Source: Phycisphaerae bacterium (lineage in GTDB: Bacteria; Planctomycetota; Phycisphaerae; UBA1845). Taken from it: 64,000 bases of DNA. The translations under genes and the position numbers were made by a program. The notes beneath the pieces were generated by a model that ran no database searches, was not told the origin of the DNA, and worked only from the letters and a program-made list of their open reading frames with translations. Below, in pieces: positions 40,194 to 48,193 of the stretch. Location of the stretch: assembly GCA_963666835.2 (NCBI GenBank), contig CAXXGO010000001.1, forward strand, positions 1,280,001 through 1,344,000, given 5' to 3'. Position 1 is the first letter of the stretch; every line of letters begins with the position of its first letter.

Positions 40194-40959
40194 GCCGCGA
40201 GACACCAACAGCAGAAGATACAGTCCCCTGCAGGCGAAAACGCTGAGAAACGTGTTGGCTCACCGCATCGAAACGGAGTTTCCACGCATAGGCGGCCCAC
40301 GGATTCGCAACCTGTGCGCAGAGATGATCCTTGAGGTCATCGGTGCCCACGTTCTCCCGAAGGAGCATATCCAACATGGTCAGATACTCTGGATGGCGAT
40401 CAGCAGCGCAGATCCCCCGAGTCAGCGTCGACGGATTGAGGATACCGATCTGCTTCCGGTGGTCTTGGACGTGAGTACCTTCGAGGATATCGAGATGCGT
40501 TTGCAGAAGAAGGGACGTGGAGAGTTGCTCTTACAAAAGAGCTTGAGGTTATGCCGACAGGCGTACGAACAAGGGGGCGTTCTGTCCAACTCTGATCTCT
40601 CGGAGTTGTTAGCAGTCAATGCGTCGGACGTCTCGCGATTGTTGGCGGCGTACGAACGCGAGACCGGTCAGATCGTCCCACGTCGCGCTACTGTCCACGA
40701 TGTCGGCACAGGGCTTACGCACAAACGGATCATCTGTTTCAAACATTACGCAGAAGGCAAAGCGGCTAACGAAGTGGCTCGGGAAACGTACCACAGCCTT
40801 GAGGCTGTGGATCGTTACCTGGGCCAGTACGATCGCGTCCGCCACTGCCATCTTCAGGGGCTGACGGCAAAGGAGACAGCCCATGCTTTAGGTTGCAGCA
40901 TCTTCCTGGTTCAGGAGTACCTGGAGATCGATCATGAGTTGGAGGGCCAGCATGCTTGA
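40186..40959 (+). CDS. DUF1670-like protein B
   Basis: GAGGGA RBS, overlaps gene A by 8 nt; identical translation to 30527-31300. Confidence 0.8.
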   Translation: MGKPRDTNSRRYSPLQAKTLRNVLAHRIETEFPRIGGPRIRNLCAEMILEVIGAHVLPKEHIQHGQILWMAISSADPPSQRRRIEDTDLLPVVLDVSTFEDIEMRLQKKGRGELLLQKSLRLCRQAYEQGGVLSNSDLSELLAVNASDVSRLLAAYERETGQIVPRRATVHDVGTGLTHKRIICFKHYAEGKAANEVARETYHSLEAVDRYLGQYDRVRHCHLQGLTAKETAHALGCSIFLVQEYLEIDHELEGQHA

Positions 40960-41168
40960 CTCGATGGCACAGCACGTCAGACTTGTGTGTGCTGGTCGAG
41001 AGGACAGGGCTCTGCTGAGGAGCACCCCGAGCGCTCGTACCAGTGCCGGGACAGGCGCGGGAGTCTGCATGCACGGCGGGCTCTCGCTCTCCCTGGCCTG
41101 TTCTGGCTCCCAAGCGACAAACCTTGGGGGTCTGGGGGCAAAGCCCCCGGTGATCGCCACACGGTCGC
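40960..41168 (+). ncRNA. candidate structured RNA in the element's 3' non-coding region (mirror copy 30318-30526)
   Basis: Series of hairpins that need G-U pairs on the sense strand; expression unknown. Confidence 0.4.
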
Positions 41169-41290
41169 GGTGGACATATGTCACTATCTTCGGCGTATGT
41201 TCGGAAGATGTACGTCGCACGAAGACCAGCGGCAGGTCTCGTTCCTCGACCATGCCCTACGAGGGGAAGCAGAAGCGCGCTTGCGAGCGG

Positions 41291-43114
41291 TTAGCTCTTC
41301 TTGCGGGTCGCGCGGCGGCGGTCGAGTTCTTTGAGCACGCGCTTGCGCAGGCGGATGGCGTCGGGGGTGACTTCCACGGCCTCGTCGTCGGCGATGAACT
41401 CCAAGGCCATCTCCAGCGGCATCTCGCGGGGGGGGCGGAGGACGACCGTTTTGTCGGCCGCGGCCGCCCGGATGTTGGTCATCTTCTTCGCCCGGCAGAT
41501 GTTCACTTCGAGATCGTTGTCGCGGCAATGCTCTCCGACTATCTGGCCTTCATAGACCTGGGTCCCCGGGCCGACGAAGAACTCGCCGCGGTCGGCCAGG
41601 TTGTTTATGGCGTATCCCGTTACCTGTCCCGGTTCGTTGGCCACGAGGACTCCGTTCTGCCGACCGGGAATGTCGCCGCGGAAGAACTCGTACTCATAGA
41701 AGTTGTGGTGCATGATGGCCGTGCCGTTGGTGGCGTTGAGCATGCGGTTGCGCAACCCAATCAACCCACGTGCCGGGATGGTGAACTCGATCAAGGTCGA
41801 GTCGCCGCGCGATTCCATGGTCTTGCAGATGCCGCGCCGCCCGCCCATTAACTCCATAACAGTTCCGACATGTTGTGACGGCACATCGATTACGCAGAGC
41901 TCGATCGGTTCGGTTTTCTTGCCCGCCAGTTCGCGATAGATGACCTTCGGTTTGCCCACGGCCAGCTCATATCCCTCGCGCCGCATGTTCTCAATCAACA
42001 CGGACAAGTGCAGCATCCCCCGACCGGATACGTGCATCTCCTCGGGAGTGTGTCCCGGCTCGACCCGCAGAGCGACGTTGCTCTGCATTTCCTTTTCCAG
42101 GCGATCGCGCAGGTGGCGCGACGTGAGGAACTTGCCGGACCGCCCCGTAAACGGAGAGTCGTTTACGCGGAAGGTCATGTGGAGCGTCGGTTCGTCGATA
42201 CGGATGATCGGGAGTGGTTCGGGGTTATCAGCGCAGGCGATGGTGTTGCCGATGTCGACCGTCTGCAGCCCGACGACCGCGCAGATGTCACCGGCCGGGA
42301 CCTCTTCGACCCTTGCTCGTCCCAACCCATCGAAGGTGAACAGCTCTCCGATACGTTCCTTGTGTTGCGTGCCGTCCCGGTGGATCAAGGTCACGTCACT
42401 ACCGGCCCGGATTGAACCGGCGAAGACGCGACCGATACCGATTCGACCGACGTAGTCGTTGTAGTCGAGCGTCGTGACGAGCATTTGCAGCGGGGCGTCG
42501 GGTTTGACGTCGGGGGGCGGGACATGTTCGAGAATCACGTCGAACAGAGCGAAGATGTTGTCCGGGCGTTCGTTTGCGTTCATTGCCGCGAAACCGAGTG
42601 TGGCCGACGTGTAAACGGTGACGAATTCAAGGGCGTCATCATCGGCGCTCAGCTCGATGAACAGATCGAGCACCTCGTCGAGCACGCTGTCAGGTCGGGC
42701 GTCGGGGCGATCGATTTTGTTGATTACTACGATCGGTCGGAGATGGTTCTCGAAGGCCTTGCGCAGGACGAATCTCGTTTGCGGCATCGGTCCTTCGAAC
42801 GCATCCACCAGCAGCAGGCAGCCGTCGGCCATTTTCAGGACCCGCTCAACCTCACCGCCGAAATCAGCGTGGCCTGGGGTGTCGACGAGGTTGATCTTCG
42901 TGCCGCGGTAATTGATTGCGATGTTCTTGGACAGGATTGTGATGCCGCGTTCGCGCTCGATATCGTTGGAGTCGAGGATCCGCTCGCCCGAGACCTGGGC
43001 CGCTCGAAACTGGCCGCACTGGCGGAGCATCTGATCGACCAGGGTGGTCTTTCCGTGGTCGACGTGGGCGATGATGGCGATGTTACGAATAGCGGTGTTC
43101 TTCAAGAGCGGCAC
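41291..43114 (-). CDS. typA: translational GTPase TypA/BipA
   Basis: [41 protein letters not shown]. Confidence 0.97.
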   Translation of the reverse strand: MPLLKNTAIRNIAIIAHVDHGKTTLVDQMLRQCGQFRAAQVSGERILDSNDIERERGITILSKNIAINYRGTKINLVDTPGHADFGGEVERVLKMADGCLLLVDAFEGPMPQTRFVLRKAFENHLRPIVVINKIDRPDARPDSVLDEVLDLFIELSADDDALEFVTVYTSATLGFAAMNANERPDNIFALFDVILEHVPPPDVKPDAPLQMLVTTLDYNDYVGRIGIGRVFAGSIRAGSDVTLIHRDGTQHKERIGELFTFDGLGRARVEEVPAGDICAVVGLQTVDIGNTIACADNPEPLPIIRIDEPTLHMTFRVNDSPFTGRSGKFLTSRHLRDRLEKEMQSNVALRVEPGHTPEEMHVSGRGMLHLSVLIENMRREGYELAVGKPKVIYRELAGKKTEPIELCVIDVPSQHVGTVMELMGGRRGICKTMESRGDSTLIEFTIPARGLIGLRNRMLNATNGTAIMHHNFYEYEFFRGDIPGRQNGVLVANEPGQVTGYAINNLADRGEFFVGPGTQVYEGQIVGEHCRDNDLEVNICRAKKMTNIRAAAADKTVVLRPPREMPLEMALEFIADDEAVEVTPDAIRLRKRVLKELDRRRATRKKS

Positions 43115-43339
43115 CTTTGTCTAGTTGACTGTCCAAGGGTGTTGTTGTTCGAGAGATTAATCGCGCGACAAGCCAATTGACACCCAACGCTTGCACGCGA
43201 AGCACGCGGTACTTGTAGCGTTGGCTTCGGTCCGGGGCAATGCTCCAGGCGGCGAATGTTGTGGCTGTCCGGTGTTTCTTCGTATCGGACGTTGTTTTCG
43301 TCTGCTACAGCGTTGGAATCGCGAGCAAACCGCGATCCG

Positions 43340-43858
43340 TCACAGATTCCGGAGCATCATAACACGATTGTCCATAGGAAGGCCCAGGCGAGCGTCAAAC
43401 TCCAACAGGTCCCGTTGCGGTTGGGTCAACTCGGCTTCGGCGAGGATTCGGAACCCGAGCCGGGCGTAGAACGGTGCATTCCACGGTATGTTGGCGAGAG
43501 TTGAGAGGGTGATCGCGGGGTAGCTTGCCTGTTTCGCCCAGGCGCAGACCGTTTCCACGAGGGTCCTGCCGATACCGCGCCGGCCGTGGTCCGGATGAAC
43601 GTCCAGCTCGTCGAGGTGGGCGTTATCGCCCACGGTTGTGCCGACCGCGAAGCCGACCGGCAGATCTCTGTCATTCGCAGCGACCCACACGCGCCCGGCC
43701 TGCGCGTGTTCGGTGAGCAAATCGAGCGGCATGACGATCCGGGAAAACGTCTCTGCCAATCCGAAGCTCGCGAAACGGACCGCGGCCAGCCGCTCTATTT
43801 CCGATAGCGCCGCGACTTCGTCTTGCCGGGCAAGTCTGATCTGGTAGTCCGGAGCCAT
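43340..43858 (-). CDS. GNAT N-acetyltransferase
   Basis: VHPDHGRRGIG, WNAPFYARLGF. Confidence 0.9.
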   Translation of the reverse strand: MAPDYQIRLARQDEVAALSEIERLAAVRFASFGLAETFSRIVMPLDLLTEHAQAGRVWVAANDRDLPVGFAVGTTVGDNAHLDELDVHPDHGRRGIGRTLVETVCAWAKQASYPAITLSTLANIPWNAPFYARLGFRILAEAELTQPQRDLLEFDARLGLPMDNRVMMLRNL

Positions 43859-43910
43859 GCCGGCTATGATCGCGGGTGAGCCGGAATGCTGCAAGCATTT
43901 GGAGCAAGAT

Positions 43911-44080
43911 CGCCGGCTGGCCCGCCTCTTTGGAGGTGGGGAGCCCCATTCTGTGTGTTGCGGGAGATACTGCAGATGCCTGCGCTACGCGAAGGGGTCC
44001 CCCACGTCCAGACGGCATTACCTCGGGCGATTCTCGACGGATTGGACTGTGCGCGAAAGTCAAAAGGACGTGGGCCACCC
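43911..44080. repeat. REP-like mosaic with the 80-90 bp CACGTCC module
   Basis: 44003-44080 nearly identical to 45079-45155. Confidence 0.85.
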
Positions 44081-44138
44081 GGCCACCCGGCCGGAGGTGG
44101 AATGCGCTGCTTGTGGCGACTAGAATCGGGCGTGGAGG

Positions 44139-44969
44139 TTGCCGGTGTATTGTCGGGAATGTCACTACGATCTGCGCGGGCAGGACGTGCCCCGTTGTCC
44201 GGAATGTGGGACGGCGTTCGCGTTCGATGATCCGAGCAGTTACCTTCGTAGGGTGCCGGGTTTCCTCGGTCGCAGAGTGCAGGGGATACGGCGCCGGCGG
44301 TGGTTTCTGCTGGTTGTTTTGACCGCGGCGCTGTTGTGCGGCTATGCCGAAGCGTATTCCCACATGCCGTCTTTGCGTAACGCAAGACACGAGCGGCTTC
44401 TTTCCGCTCAGACCCTCAAGTGGATCATGGCAGTCTGGATGAACTACCAGCGTGAGCATCCAAGGCAGCATGAGTTCGATGCGGATGTGATCGGAAGAGC
44501 CGTCGGTACTCGCCCGAGTCCATGGTCAGAGCCGACTGAGGCTAGACGCCGAGCGACTTTGGCCTACGTGTTGGAGTTCGGGGGGGTGTTTGTGATTCCA
44601 ATCCTCGCATATTTGATAGCGGTCGGAGTCTTATTCCGCTGGAGAATGCGCCGAATAGGGTTTGCCGCACTGTTGGTTGCAGCGTTGGTAATACTGGGCT
44701 GCCGATATGCAAACGAAACGGCCGTGTGGCTCTATCCGGGAACGCATGCGTACCTTAAAGACTACGTTTTCATCTCGGGAGTGAACCTGGCGAGATCGAA
44801 TCCGCAAAGGGGGATGACGATTGCCGCGTACGACATCCACATTCCCCGCAAGCATGCGCGTTTGACGATCGCGTATGGCGATGGACATGTGAATCACCTC
44901 TGGTGGGACGATCGAGCGAAACCGTTGTTCGAAGCTCAAGGTATACCGTTTCCTGAGGGGCTTGAGTGA
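44139..44969 (+). CDS. zinc-ribbon membrane protein with C-terminal DGHV motif
   Basis: CRECHYDLRG..CPECG, TM helices, H...YGDGHV. Confidence 0.7.
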   Translation: MPVYCRECHYDLRGQDVPRCPECGTAFAFDDPSSYLRRVPGFLGRRVQGIRRRRWFLLVVLTAALLCGYAEAYSHMPSLRNARHERLLSAQTLKWIMAVWMNYQREHPRQHEFDADVIGRAVGTRPSPWSEPTEARRRATLAYVLEFGGVFVIPILAYLIAVGVLFRWRMRRIGFAALLVAALVILGCRYANETAVWLYPGTHAYLKDYVFISGVNLARSNPQRGMTIAAYDIHIPRKHARLTIAYGDGHVNHLWWDDRAKPLFEAQGIPFPEGLE

Positions 44970-45009
44970 GCCCGGCCGTGCATGGATCGGCTATGCCTCC
45001 TCTTGGGCG

Positions 45010-45270
45010 CCGGGTGGCTTATCGCTTTAGCGGTGGGGAACTCGTTCGAGTGTGAGCAGACATTGTCATCGGGTCCATCACGTCCAGACGGCATTACCTC
45101 GGGCGATTCTCCACGGATTGGACTGTGCGCGAAAGTCAAAAGGACGTGGGCCACCCAGTGCGGTATGCCCCACGGGTCAACAAGTTGACCCATGCCACCC
45201 ATGCGGCACGCTTGTGGGATTCCATCTTGTGCGTTGTGCGAGATAATGCAGGCAGGATGCCTGCGCTAGG
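45010..45270. repeat. REP-like mosaic
   Basis: Modules shared with 43950-44080, 30163 and 37383. Confidence 0.8.
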
Positions 45271-45290
45271 CGAGTGGGAACTCCCGTTGC

Positions 45291-47057
45291 CTATTGCGTG
45301 GTCACGTGGGCGTATCCGGTGCGCAGGGGGCCGCCGCGGGCGGTGGACCAGAGGATGCAGTTGGCAGAAGAGCCCGGGACTGTAAACACGTCCATGCCGT
45401 GGTCGAAAGTCTGGACGAATACTTCGAGCTGCCCGTCCCCGGTCAGGTCGCCCACGGTCGGGGCGGCCGGAGCGCCGTTTCCATTCCCGTTGTGACCCGG
45501 CGATGGCAGTGCGATATCGTGCAGTACGCCGCCGCCGGCGTCCAGGACCATCAGGTATCCGGAATCATCCGTGTCCGGATCGCCATAGGTGCATAGAAGC
45601 AACTCGGGGATGCCGTCGGCATTAAGATCAGCCACGGTGACTTCCGAAGCGTACATGATCGAATGACCATGAGTGAAGTCCGTACGCCAGAGGCGGGTGC
45701 CGTCGGCGTCGAACAGATAGACGTAGCCATCGTTCAGCGATACAGCGATCTCCGGGCGGTCGTCGCCCTGGACGTTGGCAATCGCCGGCGCGGGCACGCC
45801 GGACGGTGGATACCAGCCGTCAACGTCAATTGGAGGCTCGCCGCGCGGCAGGGTCTCCCAGCCGGCCTTTCTCATGGCCGAGCGACTACCGTCGCCGTGG
45901 GCGCCTTCCAGCACCATGACCCCGTACGCCTGCGTCTCGTACGGGACGTGCATTTCGATGTTCGGCACGCCAATGACTTCGTTTTCGCCGTCTAAGTCCA
46001 AATCAACAACACTGGGTGGGGAGGCCGTCCATTGCAGCCACTCGGTCCATTCCGGGTGAGGCCAGTCCCCGGTGTGTTCGTGATAGTGATCCTCCTCGAC
46101 TTCGGGATCCGCCCAGCGAATGAACTGCCCCCAGGTCATACGTTCGCCGGAATAATCCGAGCTGCGGTTGGTGAACCAGGGGGCGGCGTCGAGCGCTGCG
46201 CCGTCATGGTCAAACGCCTGGATGTGGTGGTTATCATAGGTGGCGATCACCTCCAGTTCGTCGTCGTCGTCGATATTGCCGATCCCGACGTTGAGCCCGT
46301 AGCAACCGTACCCGTTGTGGCCTTGCCCGTTCCGATCGGCGTCGTTGCCTGAGCCGCTCAGAGCGTTGTATCGAGGCCATGCCGGGTCGTGGCCGCCGGC
46401 CGGCTGATACGCCGATCCGTCCGGGCTGAAGACGAAGACCTGGGCACCGCCGTCCTCGCTGCGTTGAGTCTGGGTCGTGGTGGCCACGATCTCGATTTGC
46501 CCGTCGAGGTTCAGATCGGCGGCGGCCAAGCCGCGTACCTCGGGAGACTCACCGGCCGTGGTGGTATCGACCGGCCAGCCGCTCTTGACCTGGAGGCTGT
46601 CGGATCGCCACTCCCACACCCAGACGTCCTTTCGGTTGCCGGCGACAATATCGGTGATGCCGTCTCCGTCGAGGTCGGTGACAACGTGGGGAGCGTAGAC
46701 GCGCCCATCTCCATCGTCGGCCTCATCGAGAAGGTTGCCTTTGTGGTCGAACACGTAGACCGAGTAGTAGGCCGCGATGAGTTCGTTATCACCGTCGCCG
46801 TCGAGGTCGTGGATAAGCGGAGAGGCGAACCAGCTAGTCTGCCCGTCGAGGGCCATGAGATGGATAGGGGCCTGAACGTCGCCGGCGCTCTCACCGGCTT
46901 GGCAGACCGGTTCCAGCACTACCGTTGAGTTTGTGCCGTCATCCGGCTCGCCGTTACCCGAATTGTCGTCACCACTCGGCGTGGGGGTGTCGGGATTGCA
47001 TCCGGACGGTGCGGCGATTATCAGCAGTGCGAGTGCGCACTTGACACATCTGGTCAT
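45291..47057 (-). CDS. FG-GAP/VCBS-repeat lipoprotein
   Basis: Lipobox PSGC; many DLDGDG-x-x-EI repeats. Confidence 0.85.
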   Translation of the reverse strand: MTRCVKCALALLIIAAPSGCNPDTPTPSGDDNSGNGEPDDGTNSTVVLEPVCQAGESAGDVQAPIHLMALDGQTSWFASPLIHDLDGDGDNELIAAYYSVYVFDHKGNLLDEADDGDGRVYAPHVVTDLDGDGITDIVAGNRKDVWVWEWRSDSLQVKSGWPVDTTTAGESPEVRGLAAADLNLDGQIEIVATTTQTQRSEDGGAQVFVFSPDGSAYQPAGGHDPAWPRYNALSGSGNDADRNGQGHNGYGCYGLNVGIGNIDDDDELEVIATYDNHHIQAFDHDGAALDAAPWFTNRSSDYSGERMTWGQFIRWADPEVEEDHYHEHTGDWPHPEWTEWLQWTASPPSVVDLDLDGENEVIGVPNIEMHVPYETQAYGVMVLEGAHGDGSRSAMRKAGWETLPRGEPPIDVDGWYPPSGVPAPAIANVQGDDRPEIAVSLNDGYVYLFDADGTRLWRTDFTHGHSIMYASEVTVADLNADGIPELLLCTYGDPDTDDSGYLMVLDAGGGVLHDIALPSPGHNGNGNGAPAAPTVGDLTGDGQLEVFVQTFDHGMDVFTVPGSSANCILWSTARGGPLRTGYAHVTTQ

Positions 47058-47345
47058 GAGATGATCTCCACGGGGCTTTCCCGGCCGCTCCGTTTCCAGG
47101 CCCGATCTCATCGGGAGGGTGCTCTCGGCCTGGAGGAGCATCGGAGATTCGGTGCGGGGTTCTTGAGGGTGGCGCTGACGTCGCGAGAGGGGACGGATCC
47201 CTCGGTGACTGCGGTCATTTCGCCAATAAACGTGGTGTGTATTCCGCTGTTCGGAAGGTTGGGTTTGCTATACTGAGAGCGGTGTTTCGGAGTCGCTCAG
47301 ACGCAGCGGGGGCGTCAGGTGTCGGATCTGGAGGGCGTACGGATC

Positions 47346-48050
47346 ATGAAACGAAAGCTGGTCAAGGAGAGCGAATCGATCGACCGCGAGCTTCTCGAGG
47401 CAAACGAGCAGGTCGAGCGCATAAATGCGGAGTTGGCGGAGGCTCTGCGCCGGCGGAACGAGGCGTCCGAGGGCGATCGGGAGCGGGCTGCCGCTCGCGT
47501 GGACACGCTCAACACCGAACACGCGGAGGCCGTGAGGCGGGTCCAGGAGATTAAACGGCAGAATACACTCGAACACGAACGACGGGCCAAAGAGAAGCGT
47601 CAAACCAAGAAGAGGCGGCGATCTGCGGCGACGGATACGAGCGCCGGGGACCTCGAATGGGAAGCGGCAGAGGCGTTCGAGCTGCATCAGCAAGAAGCGG
47701 AACGGGAGGAGGCCGACCGTCGGGGGCACAATGCTCGGTTGTTTGCCCGGCTGGCCGCGGAAGAGCGTCGGGAGGCGGAGAAGGCCGCTCAGCTCGAACA
47801 GCGGCGCCGGGAGGCCGAGGCTCGCGCCCGCCAAGAGGAAGAGGATCGCCGGCGCGAGGTGGAGCGGCAGGCCCGGGCGGCCGCCCGGCAGGCAATGTCG
47901 CTCAGGCGTAAAGAAGAGGCCCGCGCCGCGCGGCGCGTGCGTGTGGAAGCCGGAAATCGAGATCGCCTGGCGGAGCAGGCCGGGAAGGGGGCCTTGGCAG
48001 TCTTCTGGGATAGGGTGTTGGCATGGTTCGGCCGGGGGGGGCGACGATAG
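47346..48050 (+). CDS. charged coiled-coil hypothetical protein
   Basis: E/R/A-rich; GGAGGG RBS; amphipathic C-terminus. Confidence 0.55.
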   Translation: MKRKLVKESESIDRELLEANEQVERINAELAEALRRRNEASEGDRERAAARVDTLNTEHAEAVRRVQEIKRQNTLEHERRAKEKRQTKKRRRSAATDTSAGDLEWEAAEAFELHQQEAEREEADRRGHNARLFARLAAEERREAEKAAQLEQRRREAEARARQEEEDRRREVERQARAAARQAMSLRRKEEARAARRVRVEAGNRDRLAEQAGKGALAVFWDRVLAWFGRGGRR

Positions 48051-48059
48051 CCTAGAGTA

Positions 48060-48125
48060 AGCCCGGCCCACACTGCTCAAGAGCAGTGGCACACGGCCCA
48101 CACTGCACAAGAGCAGTGGCACACG
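48060..48125. repeat. short REP-like tandem repeat
   Basis: CACTGCWCAAGAGCAGTGGCACAC twice; also about 39080 and inverted at about 62245. Confidence 0.8.
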
Positions 48126-48193
48126 GGAATCCGTGTCTACCTTTCCGAAAGCGGCACCAGAAACGGCACGGGATTCGCCCGCTCGGCAGACTA

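Larger units (their letters stand above)
39275..41189 (+). mobile_element. DUF1670-pair insertion element, copy 2 (both CT cores included)
   Basis: CT-accttcc-TGACATATGTCCACC ... GGTGGACATATGTCA-ctat-CT; all listed internal ORF translations equal those of copy 1. Confidence 0.9.

Noticed and set aside
39275..41189. Canonical IS110/IS1111 element
   Set aside because: The ends fit, but neither ORF shows the DEDD RuvC-like N-terminus or the IS110 C-terminal Ser motif.
41169..41189. Junction-formed sigma70 promoter
   Set aside because: TGGACA is -35-like, but no -10 falls at 16-18 nt in the predicted junction.
44003..45155. Integron attC sites
   Set aside because: No RYYYAAC/GTTRRRY ends, and no integrase in the window.
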